From: Lingula anatina | Taxonomy: Eukaryota > Animalia > Brachiopoda | Direction: 5' to 3' | NCBI GenBank assembly: GCA_051362555.1 | Contig: CM120640.1 | Location: 28,606,503-28,670,502 of the forward strand | Length of the DNA stretch: 64,000 bases | Shown here: piece after piece, positions 41,701 through 56,300 of the stretch | How positions within the stretch are numbered: the first letter of the stretch is position 1 | How the letters are laid out: every line of letters starts with the position of its first letter | Notes under the pieces: generated by a model | What the model saw: only the letters and a program-made list of their open reading frames with translations | What the model was told of the DNA's origin: nothing | Database searches by the model: none | Program-made: the position numbers and the translations under genes

Positions 41701-44179
41701 CTTGTAAGCATATGTTATAAAAATGGATTTCATTGAAAGTGGTCACTACACTTTTGCTATAATATTTAGTAAGTTACACAATTTTAATCCATATTTCAGA
41801 TCCTAAAAAGGTGGTCCATACAGAACTGGGTCTGGACCCAATTGAATTTGATCATTTTCAGTCTGGGGTAGACACAGAAGTCACCTTTTGTCTGAAGGAA
41901 CTACGGGTACATATGGCTGACATTTTCTCTTGTAGTGTATGTGTCTAGATAAATAAAAAAAGTGGTATGTGCTTGTATATTTGTGTCATTGTAATCTCTT
42001 TGTGGCTTGAAGTAGAGTTTTTTTTTTTTTTTTTTTCTTTTTTTTTTGCAATTCTCACAGATTTTTTAGTTGTATTATAAATCATTTTTATAACTACACT
42101 GGATATGTATGTGTTTACAGTATTTGAGCAGTGTCTGTAAATAAATGAGCCTAATTCATCAGTTTCATTTTTTAAATGCTTTCACAATGTTTTTCATTTA
42201 TTCAGGCCATACTTGCCTTTGCAGAAGTCACAGCACTGCCAGTGTCAGCCCACTTTGAATCAGCAGGAAAGTAAGTTTTAAACTTTGATTTTATTTGGGG
42301 CGTCTACATAACATTTCAGATTCATGAATAAAGTATAAAGATTGGATATACCATGGATAGTTGTATTCCTCAAAAGGTTGTTTGGCACATTTGAGAATAA
42401 ATACTTTTTTGTATTTGAGGTAAGGACTGATAAATTAAATAATTATTATTTTAATTAAGTTCAGTTAAAAACTGATAAATGTGACTTTATGCAATATTCA
42501 TTGCATTATTTCTCTAGGCCCATAGTCTTCTCAATAGATAGTGATCCAAATTTTGAAGGCAACATAGTTCTTGCAACTCTTGCTGAGGACCTGTCCACCC
42601 AGGACAGTGCCACACAGCAGAGCACACAGAACACACAGCCCATCAATAGATCTATGCCAAGCACAGCAGCCAAGAGGACATCTTATTCCAGGTGCAGTTC
42701 ATTTATGATTTCTGGGAACTTGAAAAGTATGTAGGGATTCACACACATGCGTGCACATATAAGCATGCACACATTGTTATTTATTTTCGATTAATTTTTA
42801 GATTTAGGTAGGTGGCTGAAAGAAATTTTGTGTTATTTTAGATTACCTTAAGTCTGTTGCAGATGATATATTAGCATAAATGCAAAAGTTGACATTGATC
42901 TTGTTCTGTTGTCTTCAGTAAAAAGTCTTCTGTATCATCCACAAGTTTTGGGAGAAGAGTTAGCAGTGAAAATTTGGAGAGGAAGGTGGCAGGTGGAGAT
43001 GCTGTCAAAGCAAGGTATATTTTTGACACGGTTTTGAAAAATGTACGTGGAGGGGGTGGGGTGGTTTGAAGTGGTTGTAGCTGATTTTGATGTTATGAAT
43101 AAACTAGTTCACTGCAAGATTAGATTAAAGGGTTTGATAGAAAGTTTGAATATATAATTTAATTATGTCAATAATCACACCAAATTTTAATAGTCATCAG
43201 ATGTGTTTCCTGTACATAAGCGTATCTGGCTTTTAGTCTATATTTAATAACTTTCCGAGCAAGATTTACATTTGCAAATAGCAGGTGCTGTGGTACATGT
43301 ACATTTTCATTGTTTTTCTTGTCAGACAAGAGAAAAGTTCAGCTTCGAAACTTGATGAGTCAACTGAGGGGTTCAGGGTCATTAAACCTATGATTGGAGT
43401 AAATGATGGAGGAGAAGGAAGCACAAGAAATGGGAGAGTGAACCTGTTGACAAGGACAGAGGAAGACTCGTGGGCCCAGCCCTCTACGTCCAGTCCTGTA
43501 ATTCCACTGCAGAATAATAAACATCTGGTATGAAATTTACCCCTACTTTCTTTTTGCATTTCTTCTTTGTGGCAACCAGAGTGTTATTCCTTGGAAAGAA
43601 CCACTTTTTTATACAAAGTTGACTTAAGGATAAATCATATACCTTTCTACCATATTCCAGTATCTTATATTTCCCCAGTTTTAATACTGTATTGTCTTAT
43701 TCACCTTCTTCAGCTGCACTCAGTAGGGGCTGACACCAGTATGCGTGAAGTGACGCCACCTGGCAGTGATGAAGATGATGAAGAAGACATGGTGCCAGGA
43801 ACACCTCCTAGCAAAAAGGTGAACTGTGGAGACATGATATAAATAATACCTTGAAGGGTGGGGGACTTCATTGATGAAATGAGATGCTGGAGTTGCTTGT
43901 ATGCAGAATGTAAACTGTCAAGGAAGTAAACTTGTCTTTTATTTTTAATACAGTTTATGTAAAGTGAACTTTATTTAAACACGGACTCAATATTTGGAAA
44001 AGAAACTGTAACAATACTACTTACTAGTGAATTTAATTTCAGATATGCAATTTATGGTCTTTTTTTTTTACTTGCAGTTCAAGTCTCTGTTCTTTGGTTT
44101 GTCACAAGCTAGCAGTCAAGCATCACAGCAGAAGGAAGCCCCAGTTCTGGCAGAGGAAACAGATGACGAGGACAGTTGA
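38794..44179 (+). CDS. RAD9A: 9-1-1 checkpoint clamp subunit RAD9, 13 coding exons
   Basis: Exons 38794-38827, 39408-39478, 39823-39972, 40479-40593, 40888-40987, 41548-41654, 41800-41906, 42206-42270, 42518-42691, 42919-43014, 43326-43527, 43714-43818, 44078-44179. Motifs [43 protein letters not shown] and tail [28 protein letters not shown]. Probably the single pre-duplication RAD9. Confidence 0.97.
39150..39197. repeat. (CA)n microsatellite, interrupted
   Basis: Visible CA runs in RAD9 intron 1. Confidence 0.85.
41143..41498. mobile_element. MITE with TTAA TSD and purine-start TIRs (Kolobok-type), copy 1
   Basis: TTAA|AGTGATAATAACTCTTTG ... CAAAGAGTTATTATCCCT|TTAA. Near-identical to 63221-63557 in the opposite orientation. 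Confidence 0.9.
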
Positions 44180-47016
44180 CACACAAGCAGAAGGAATCAT
44201 TGATTTCGTCACTTGAAAATTAGAAGTTATTATAAACTGGAGAAACTCCAGCATATTTTAATGTTTTTTAACAAAATGAAATAATGTGAAAGTTCACGCA
44301 CAAGCAAGTCATAATTTCAGCCCATGCAATGATAAGTTTAAAATTTATTGCCAGCCATTGGAGATGTATGGGCACTAGTAATAGAAATGTCAACTCAAAC
44401 AGCCTTATCATTCTGATTTTATCATAGGCATGTGTATTGGCATGCAGAAGTCCTTCTTGGCATAGAATCTATGCCAGCTATAATAATTGTGTAAGAGCAT
44501 ATGTGAAGTGTGCAGTAGTGTAACCATGATATGAGGGGCAAGAGAGAACATCAATTGTTTGTGGTAACCCCTCTGCTGGTTATGTATAAGAAATCTGTTA
44601 AAAATATATATGAAGGCGTTCACAGAATTTTCATTTGCATTTTGTTTTTGCAGAATTTTGACAAGAAACTAAAGTTTCTGCACAGTCTATTTACAACAAA
44701 ACAAAAAAAAAAAATTCATTTAATACAATTTTTATTCACTTTATGTACCTAGTTTGCAAAATGGGAAACATTCCCTGTACACATTTTGAGAGTTAAGCTT
44801 TTATAGGAAGGTGAGCATTCCATAACTTAAAGAATCTGATAAAAGGGAATAACCACTCACTCATTTTCATTCCCCACACTGTTGACAAGAAAAAAAGTTA
44901 CAAACAAGAAAACCAACACATTACACAATGTTTTCAATTTTTCTTACACCTCTGACTACCCCCGCCTTACTACATTTCAGTGAGATAAATAATGTAATCA
45001 CAAAACAAAACTTTCCGACACAAAATACATGGTAGACTTAGATATACAAATCACTGGCTAAATATTCATGATCATGGTTGATGATCATAGGAAACCTTGT
45101 ATGTTCAGACAGAACATGGATTATATTTTTTTAAAACCATTTTCTGCTGGTTAAATCTCATCTGCCTCATGACTTAAATTTACATTTTTAAAATGAATAT
45201 ATTTCCAAAACCTTCCACACAGTTTCTTATCAAGAATACAATCATGTGGCAGTTGCACTGTATGACCCTCTGTTCACTTTAGCATTACCAATTATTAATT
45301 TTGTTTGATATATTAGTCTTTCTGAACAATTTCTCATCCCAACAGCAATGTTAAGTTTCCAGTGCATATGAAATTTCATGTCCTTAAAAGTTGCATGAAC
45401 AGTTTCTTTTAACATCATAACTCAGTTATTTCCACTTTGATAGTTCGTTCAAAAAATGATTATTGCAACTTTCAGTGCATACTGCAGCTGATGAAATTCT
45501 TTGCTGGATTCATATCCTTAGTTTTAACCCAGAAATATAATATTCAGAGTAAAACAGTCAATGGGAAAATAATGAAGTGGCAGCTAAAGTTACATCTTAC
45601 TATGTGGTATACATTAAAACTGAATGGAATGGTGCCGTGAGTGTTCACTATAATCAAAAATAAGTAAATAAGTCTCTAGCATAAATATATATTTATATAT
45701 ATTTCTAACTCTGATACCAAAGCTAGAGCAATGTGTTATGACGGGATTTTTCACAGCTCTTAACAGGAGCTATCTGCTTGGTTATTTTTATCATACCAGT
45801 CTAAATGTCATTGGATAAAACTTAAACATTTCACATCAAACAAAGGAGACCAAACATTGCAAATCAAGGATATCACTCGTCTTCAACTAAATTGTTTCAA
45901 TACTAAAACTACTAAAACAATTTCTTCCATGCGTCCCCACTCCCTCAGTTAAACAGAACAGATATTTAACCCCCCTCCCTTCCCCTAATCTGCTCGTTAT
46001 CATCATATCTATTTACGATAGGCACAGATAATCCTGCTAGATTTCACTTCCTGTAAGTCAGAGAACTAATGGGAATCATCCCAGCTTAAAATGAGACTGA
46101 TGGCACTACATGACGCCATACAGCAGACTAGAAAACTGCACTGCATTCCCTAGTCTGCCATGATTACCGAGTCCTCCTCTCCTCCAAATTCTGTGAAATT
46201 TTGCTTGATTTTACGTTAATTTGTTTGATCCCCACTCAAAAAAGTCCTCTGCAAATGGCAAAGCTTTTGATTGGTAACAGTTTGGTATATTTTAATTACT
46301 TTTTTTTTTACATATTTATACAAACTTCATCTATATAATTTCAGTAATTCAACATATATTTAATGGTTTTTCTTAACTATAAATTAATACTCATATTTCA
46401 GCAGAGAGATTGTAAGTACTATGCTTAACAAATCTATATTCTATTTTATGAAATATAAAACTTCTTTCAAAATGAAAGAAATGTGCACATGAAATGACAT
46501 TATTCAATTGAAGAAATAATAACATATCAAGACACAAAAATGATTTCAAGAGAATGAAACACAAAATGCTATAACTTAAATCAATTCTTATACATCTTCC
46601 AATATAATTGTGACTATCAATACACAATTCCAATATTTTTACTCTCTCCAAGAACATATGGCATGCTTCAAGAAAGTATTACAGAAGACCATATTTTCAT
46701 GTTTAACAAATCATCACAGAATACTGTACCGATTCCATTAACAAATCAATAATCTTTTTGTTGGTACCAGGTGGCTCAAAAAGAACTATGAGCATTAGTT
46801 CTTGATGGGTGTGCACCATTCATAATTACTAACTGTGCTCATGACCAGTGTTTCAAAGTTCCGTTCTTCATTGAAATCGAAAAGACTTTTCTGGACTAGA
46901 ATATTTCTGATTCTTTTTGAGCACATCCTTGTGGTATTTCAAAGCAGTTCTCTTGGAGTGACACCATTCTGTGGCAGTTAATGTTTTCTGGGCAGTTTCT
47001 TCAACACTGATGAATG

Positions 47017-50000
47017 CTAGCTAAAGGTGTCTCCTAATTGCACACAGGCTAAAATTACTGTGATATCATCTGGCTTGCCTCCTGAAAAGAAAAAGATCCA
47101 CAAATTACAAATAAATTTCAATTTGAAGTAAATTTTGAATAACCTAGAACAAAACAACTTAAGAGTGATGTAACGGGGGCGTCTCGATAGTCTGAAGGTT
47201 CATTGGTCCGAAGGTTCATTGGTCCGAAAAACGGTAACATTTTCATCGGTTTTTTAATCAAGGGTTCATTGGACCAATGAACCTTCAGACTATTGCTACG
47301 GCCCCGATGTAACAGACGTGAAAGATGAGAAAATGGTCAATTCAACAATATCTTTTGTCATATTATACACAGAATCATACACCACCTATGTTTTAAACCA
47401 TATGCTGGTATACCATACAGAAATTTGTGTCTTGAAATACATTTAACTTTTGGCACTTTGCTGAAACATAAATAATAGCATAAGGGAGCCAAAATAAACT
47501 AATCTTCTTCTAACTATTAACAAGGTGTAGGAGTTGGACCTTTGGTATTTTCAACAGCTGTTCACAGGTAACTTTGTAAATGCTAGCATGTTGGGTAGAT
47601 AACATTTTAGTTAAAAATCAGATCAAAACTGAGATTAAATATTGATTTACTTCGTGTCAAATTCTGTGTACCAGTTACATCCTTGTGTGGACCCATTTAC
47701 ATCCTTTTTTTTTCTCATATTTGCAAAACTTGCGGTTAGCACACACACCCTTGGGCAAGTAACGCATGATACAATCTGTGTACCAGTCACAGGCCAGATT
47801 GAACTCCAGGCAGAATTTAAATCAAGCTAGATATATCTGAAATCGCAATCTTGCCTACAGGTTTAAAATTCAGGCCTACGCCAGAGTGAAATCCAACTCT
47901 AAGTCTATTTAAAATCATTAAAAAATTATCACATCCCTAATAAAGCCATCAAGGCAGAAATGAAGAGAACAGGGATAGCGTGAAACCCCATAGGCACAGC
48001 AGCTCAAGAAGAGAAAGAACTGGAGGTCCCTTGTGTCTGCCTTAATGTGGACCCATTCACAAATCGGATTAAGAAAGTGTAATAAAGCCATTTTGGTTAT
48101 ATTGTTTATGGATAAGAACAACTTTTCGAAATATCTAGCATATGGGCGATTGCAAACATATGAAAAACCTTCCTGGATTTCAGTCTGGCCTGTGACATTT
48201 GCATCCAAAGGATTGACAGAAATTTATCCTCCTTACAGCATTATCTGAAACCAGGTTATCATCTTAAAATCGATAGGTAAAAATACTGGAAAAACTTTTT
48301 TATCTCATGGGCTTGCAGCCAATATCAGTGCAATAAATTCCATAAAAATCTCGTTACTTATCCCTCCCCCCCCCCCCCCCCCCCCCCATTTCATTTTTCA
48401 TAGAAAATTCAGTTATTGCCTAAGGCTGTGTGGTCATGATTAGATTTGCCTTGATCTTTCCATGATTAACTAAAACTGACTGATAGAAAACTGATACCGC
48501 CTGACTTTAAACCAAAAACATCAGCTGAATGCAATTCCTTTCAGTTATAGCCCCTACCTTTACATTCTATTCCGTGTTCCTGAGCTTGCTGTGCAAAGGG
48601 AGACATGTAGTCAGGATCAAATGAGAGTTCTCTTGCCGTCTTAGCAAGAGTTCTAGCTGTGCGTTTAATGTTCTCTGGTTTATGGTCCTGAAATGAATTA
48701 AAACTTATTAGATGAATGAGAAAATTTGATTAGTTTTGGGTTTTTCATAAATGAGATAGACTCTATAGTATTTGAACACAATATACAACAGCAATTAAAT
48801 TAGAGCACCCTAGTGATGTCATTTACATGATATCATAGGTTTAACAAAACCAACAGGTATATCTGACTAGGGATAGTGTGATAAGAATTACTGTAAAGAT
48901 AATTTGGATTGTTTTTAAATATGTCTTTTTGAAACTGTTTAACTGAAGTCCACGGAAAACAGTTCTCATTATAGACTTGCCCATCATCAATATCTACAAC
49001 AGCAAGACCATGCAGACAAAAGCTGGGTTCATAATAAACCAATCTTAGAATCTTCTCCTTAAATAACCTCAAGCTGACCAGACATATTCATTATTATTTA
49101 TCAGTTCCTAGAAATGCTTTGAAGGTTATAATGAAATATTGATTGCACAATACTTAAGAGCCCCAAAGAAACACAGGTTATGTGCATTAAGATATAAAAG
49201 AGCTTCTTAACAGTATGCAGAAAAGAAATTTGTTATGCCGGAACTTCTGACAAACAGCAAATACCAAACATGTACCCCCAACCTTTACCATCTGCCTTGT
49301 ACAATTATCTGTGGTGCCCGTTGATCACTTACCTTAAGTGTCTTAAGATGTTCTAAAATCATTCCTTCACTCATGTTGTCAAACAGCCCATCAGTTCCCA
49401 CCACGATTATGTCACCTTCTTCCACACTAAAGGAGGTGCGCTGGGCAGACTCTGGACTGGAATGACAAGATCCACAATTTGCTATAAAGATCGGATATAA
49501 TTTGGAAAGTATTCTCTAAGCCCAGTAACATAAATTGGGATTTGATTAGAAAATATTTCTCCAAAATGTCAAGCAAATATATTTTTCAGGCATACAACAG
49601 GTGATGAAGCATCTGCCAGTGCCTCTACAGTTTTCCTCTCTTCAGAGACTTCTAAGGTATCTGCAGGTAAATATCAGGCACATTCCACAGGCTTCTGAAT
49701 CTAACAGGTGAAAGAGACCAAACTGAACTTGTACTTGTGCTACCTGTACTTGACCACTATAAATATCATATAATCAGAGTGGGGGGATTCACCTGTGCTG
49801 TTCTTTCAACACTATCATGTACTTAAAAATTGTTTTTATAAACTATATATCAAGAACACCGATCTCATTAAAAGAAAAATTTTTTCACAGAAAAGTTCAT
49901 TCATGCTTTAATGTTTGCAACACATACTGTCCATTTCACAAATGAGCACGATAGTAAGAACATTACATCAAAAGGAGCAAAACTGTGCATTCATGACTCA

Positions 50001-50165
50001 GATTCACTCTTCTTCCCCAACACATTTTCACTGCTTTTTATAACTTTTAGGTCACAAATATTGCTAATTCATACATTTTCATCTATTCAAAGCAAAAAGT
50101 CATACAATATTACATACTAATAAGTAAAACCAAATAAAAACTGGATGTGCCCACAGCCCCATCCC

Positions 50166-50240
<75 letters not shown>

Positions 50241-50318
50241 CCCATCACTACATAATTATGTAATTGTCAATTCAATAGATCAACCACCAATCATTATGTG
50301 CCCTTTCAGATATCAGTA

Positions 50319-50361
<43 letters not shown>

Positions 50362-53300
50362 CCACCCATACCCACACATACACACTTCCCATAGTATAAC
50401 ACAGTAGCCCTGGCTGGATTCAAGGTGTGATAATGTCATTCAATGTCACCTTGATATGATGCTCAGCTAGGACTGCCAAGATCATCTGTCTGGCATTTAC
50501 TTGTTCGATTAGTTTCCAAAGCAAATGTATATTGAACACAGGCATGGGTTTACTTGCTCACAAATTAGCCATTAATGAATAAAAGCAAATTTACCTAGCT
50601 GACTGTAGAAGATTTCAAATGCTAACAAATTGCTTTTCCATATTAAAACCTTTATTAAAATCAAGTTCAAAGTAACAGTCATTCTAATTCTAGCGCAGCT
50701 CAACCACAATCAACATGACCAGGAATTGAAAAAAAAAGTTTCTGACGGGTCCAAATTCCTTTAATTTCAATTAAAACTGGCAAACATGGGCTGGGTATAC
50801 TGCATAATGCCGCCTTCCCTCATGGCTAAATAAATTATGACACTGGTTGCAGACAGAAAGTTGCAAAGAGAACATTTTATTTCAAAGTCAGACAGTAACA
50901 TAACACCTAACTGTCGGTTTTATGGCGTGTAATTTCCCAGTTCACTGCATACACCACAAAAATTGAAAAGTTAAAAAAAATATTACAAGGTTAACACTAA
51001 AGCAGTGTCCTTGACATAACATAAAAGTTTGGCATAACAAAAAAAGGGGGTTAAGGTGTTGTCAACAATATATCTATAATGATAAAACCACAAAAAATCC
51101 CACAGCTGAAGAGGAGAAATTCATTGATGTTGAAAAGCTCTTAAGCCCCTCAATCTCCCACGCAAATCACGTAATCAATGTTAAATGTAAGTTATTGTTT
51201 GGTTATTGGTATTTCTATTGATCCAGTCTAGCTGCAACCATGCCTTCAGAAAAGAAGCCTACTGTAAGTGAATAAATCCCCCCACACCATTGTGACTTGT
51301 CTTCACAACCTTTTTACTTAAAGAACCTTAGGGCTTCAGGTTAGAATTTCACTTTGTAGCAGTGTTATCCAGGACATTATTTGCAGCACAGTTACATGTG
51401 TCCATGGGTCAAAAAAGAAATGTGTCCTACACTTTCAGTTTTTACAACCTACCTGAATAATACCTCTCCTGAAAGCATGATGCTCCATCAATCATGTATG
51501 ATGATGGGATAATAATTGTCCTTATATCACGTTTTAATCCAATTCACCCTTTCAAGACGCCTTGTTTTAAAAATAACATGTCACTAAAAGTAATTGATTT
51601 TACACTGATGCTTTTCACTCGTTTTGCAAAGAGATGGACATCATACTCCAAAATTTGCCTTTAACACTGGGATCAGCATCCACTAAAATGTGGTAAGAAA
51701 GTGCCAGTTCTTTCATATTAAGTTCAACGGATAACAAAACAAACTGGCGTAGAAACTTATTTTAAGTTAATACAGGTATACATTCACATAAGCGACAATA
51801 TGAGCGCATTCAAAACAGAACATCCACGGACTAAATATGGCTGACCCATCATAAAAGGAAGCCGCTCAATCTCCTTGTGGTCTCACTGCCTCTACGGATT
51901 AATTCTTGTTGCTCTGTGGTTTAATTGCTTGGCCCCTGCTGGGATGGCACATGTGGAGGCAGGGAGACCATTAGGGGATTATAAGCGGCTACCTTTTAAG
52001 TGGGTCGGCCATATTTGATCTGAATGCTCGCTTATACATCTCAATCTAAAATTTAAGTAAAATGCTTAATAAGTATCATGCCTTACCTATCACTTAACAC
52101 CAGACCCTCTTGCATAGGTGGAGCTACTGCTAGCTGGAAAGGTGTGTTGAAGTAGTGTGTTTGTTCCTCAGATCTGTGGACTACATTGCCATTACGTATA
52201 AGAAGAAACCCACTGTCTCCAAGGTTAGCTGTGTAGATTGTCTTTTCTTCACGGAAGAGTGATACAACACATGCTGTTGAACTTCCTAAGAAAAAGAAGC
52301 AAAACAAAACAAAAAAAATGTTTATTTCCTTCAATAAGTGAGGGTCAAATGAACAATTTCAATTTTTTTTTCAGTTTGGATCGAAAATGACACATAAATT
52401 CTAATCCTATAGAAACAAAAGCAGTAAAAACAAATCACAGATGTACATTTTATGTAATGATTAAACATATACCACCTCCTTCAATGATTTAAGAAGAAAA
52501 CACCCATACCTCGTTTGAAAAAAAAAATGCAAATCTCATAAATTTAGTCAATGCCATCAAGATGCACTGCTACATTTTCACAAAGATTAGAATTTCATAA
52601 AGAAAATATAGCATATTTTATACTAAGGTACATACGTTATTCCACATAATATTTTACCTAAAAGTGGTACTTTGTTTTCCATAAGCTCTGAATAACTTGC
52701 AGCTATAATGGCTTCTGGAGATTCGGGACGGAAGTGACCCTCACTGACCAGGCGCTCACATGTGCGCATAAGGGAATGTGCAAATTGGGATGGATCGACA
52801 CCATAGGCACGCCATCCTCCCACACCATCAGCCACACCTACAATTATATGAACAATCAGTGTTAACCAAAGCCCATTGTAATCCAAAGAGGCTTTTCTCT
52901 GCAATTTTGAGCCAGTTTTTTTTTTATTTTAGTAAGCAAAAAAGCAAAAAGGATGCAAACTGGTACATATCTGCAAATCAAATCTCAACTTATTAGCTCA
53001 AAAGCATAAACCATTATAAGTGAAATTAAGCAGATCCCACAAACTCAGACTCACTGACCTTTCAAGAAGTTCTATCTGAATCTTTGCCCATAAAGAAATG
53101 TATAAATAGGAGTACAGGCACCTTCATCTGGTGTATGCATTAAAACTTTCCTATTACCTGTTTTGTTTACCATAAGATACAAAATGGTCAGGTAAGCCTG
53201 AATCATTATAAATTTTACTGAATTTTAACAGATTTTGAAATCTAATCACTTTTAAATTTATATATATATATATATGAAATATTTCCACATATGGTTCAAC

Positions 53301-56300
53301 AATAAAAACAGTAAACCAGCCTTGAATATACAGGTTCATGCTCAGAGAATGTGAAGCCATGTATAGCAACTTCACAACTTATGTTCTCTTCATACATTAT
53401 TAATACCATGACATGAATAAATATGTAATATATGCTTAAGGTAAAAAAAAAAAGCTGAACTGACATCATCATGGAGGAAGCAGAGAAGGCACTGTAAAAC
53501 CCAATACCTCAAGGATCTTTTCTTTAAAAAAAAGTAAGAAATTTAAAAACATTCAACAAAGATAAGTCAGAATCAGATTGTTCACATAAAGATGTTCTTG
53601 TGAAACATCTCATCAGACTTTGTTATCCAGGCATCTGATTTGGAAAATAATCAAATTATCTGAATTTGCCCATTGAAAAAAATCATTATAGCCTGGATTC
53701 TCCACATACCAAACTAATCTGATGTCAAAATTCACCAATTTCCAGTAATTCTTTCTATCTCCCAGGTGATGTTCAAGAGCAGCTTAAGTCAACACTGACA
53801 TGAGTTTATGAAGACTATATAAACACCAAAGAAGATCAGAGATCATCTAAAAAGCTTTCAAGTCCATCTGGACATTTTAGTCTCATTTTATACATTACTG
53901 CAATCATTTTCACTATTTTAAATGCAATATCCTAATTCATTTTATTTATCATACCAAATATTTTCAAGAATTGGCCATATGATGGCTTTGAAAATAATAA
54001 TAATAAAAACCTGGGTGCATAGCTATTTAACAATTAGAAATCCAGTGATAAAGGGGCAGAGAAACAGTGTTGTGATTTAATCTTTCCTTCTTTATTCTTA
54101 ACATTTGATAGCTTTTTATCATATGGGTATAAATTATATCATTGGATATAATAATGTTGGCTCTTTACCAGAGCCACATGGATCTTGATCACACAAAAAC
54201 AAATATGTCCAATTTGACAACATATTCTACAGAGTTAATCACTTAGTGCATAATGTTTTATATAGTTCACACCTCCAGTCTAGACACTCTTCTGCTAATG
54301 ACAAAACAGAGAAGACAAATGCCTTCTATGCTGGCTATTTCATCCATTGAGAGCTATCCCATAATCAATGATGGTTCAATATTTGGGAGAATTAGAATGG
54401 AATGTCAAGTCTTTCAAAGTCAAGCTGCGTACAAGGGATAATAAGTGGGTGAGAGGTATATTGTAACTGTGTTATTACCAAAATCAGTACATTTCACTCT
54501 GGTCAATATCTAGGATATAAACATATATGAATGTAAAGCAGAAAGAAAAGAGAAAGGGTTTTTACAGAATGACTAATAATTTATGCTTTTTATCAGTGTA
54601 TGTGTATTTTCCCACACTATATCTCCCTGTCAACATAATGTGAATTATCTAATGCTTTGACATCTATGTGATGATTAATGAAGATATAAAATACTGCAAA
54701 AGTAATTAAAACCAGCAATGCTACATTTTACATATCATGGAAACTTAAAAGACCTAATTGCATCTTATATGTTGATTCCAGAAATTAAAGAAGTCTAGCT
54801 TCGTAAGGTAGACATGAAAGCAAGTAAATCAGGCAAAACAACTCTTTTAAAATTCTTTCTTATTTAAATTCAAAGACCTGCTATTGAATGATTTGTTCCC
54901 ATTCAAATGCTGTTGAAAGGAGTTTGTGTATGGAAGTTACCTGGGTAAATTCTCACTTTGTGTACATTTCAATAATACAAAGTTCATGTACATTTCAACC
55001 AGTCTTACAGGCTTCTGCATATTTTGCAGATCTATAAATATATACAGCACTAGATAACGACCATCATGGGGTATACTATTTTATATATAATAAAAAATAC
55101 AATTATTACCTTTACTTTGCAAGTACATGTATACTTAAATCCCTACAGCTTTTTATATATCTGTACAGCATGTTATTTCTGAAGGGTCCAAAGGTCAATT
55201 TAATTTTTTCCACTGTTACATCTACTTCCTTCAAAAGTATGAACTTTTTCTCCATATACTGTATTACAGAAATAATAAATGATGCTTACAAGGTATCAAA
55301 GAAAGATTTCACTGACAGATGAAGCTTGGGTTTACACTTTAAATGCCGAGTGTACTCACTGCAGCACATGCCTACACATGAGATCTTGTATACAACAAAT
55401 ACCTTATTCCCACTACACTGATAAAGATAAAGCTGTCTGTGAAGAGTGATTTCGCAATCACCACTTTTTTCAGTCTTTAATGTTTAATGCACATCTTATT
55501 ATACAAAATGTGTCTTTCTCTGTTAAAACTCAGACTGACATGTTCATGTTCTAGCTGATGTTGTAATTGTTACGCAATTTACATATATATGGAAATGTAA
55601 TGTCTTTCTCCATACAGCGCACTGAGGTTGCATCCTATCTGTCATCATGGTCTACTTTTTGCTTATGACTTACTGATGACTGTTTTTGATAAAAGTGATC
55701 CCTTATCTATTCAACAGAAATATCTGCAGAGAAAAACACTACTGAAATACTAAATTTCACTTGGTATCAATCTTTAAATTATCAAGTCCAGTTTTATCCA
55801 GCATTTCAGCTGGAGCCTCTACAAATAGAAGTCCTGAATTTCGATGTTCGTCAGCTGGTTATCAGTGTGACAGAATTCATTTCTAAAATCGGGGGGAAAT
55901 TAACAACATTTTAATTCCAGACAGGTTTTCAGAGCACTTTTTTGTTACAAAAGCCACAGATTGGGTTAGAATATTGCGCATAAAGGACGACACAGATGTC
56001 AGACAAACACGTGCTGGTGCATCTCAAAATATACACATTTCCAGCAAGACGCTGATACTACATATCTCCTTGCAAACCTACCTATAACATCCCCAAGTCG
56101 ATGCCTGGCTATAAAACAGGAGTCGTCACCGAAGATATATTTCTTGAATATCTGTGCTGATGAAAATGACTTTGAGTATCCACATGCTGCTGCGTTTAAT
56201 TGGATAGAGGAAAGCTTCTGATCCTCAACTAGACTTTTGTTCTCGCGGTTACCACTACCAGAATAATTAATTCCTGAGACAAAGGCTCGAGCAACCACTC

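Noticed and set aside
47189-47290. Short direct repeats considered as a CRISPR-like array
   Set aside because: Eukaryotic intron, no unique spacers; the repeats belong to the TIRs of a MITE.
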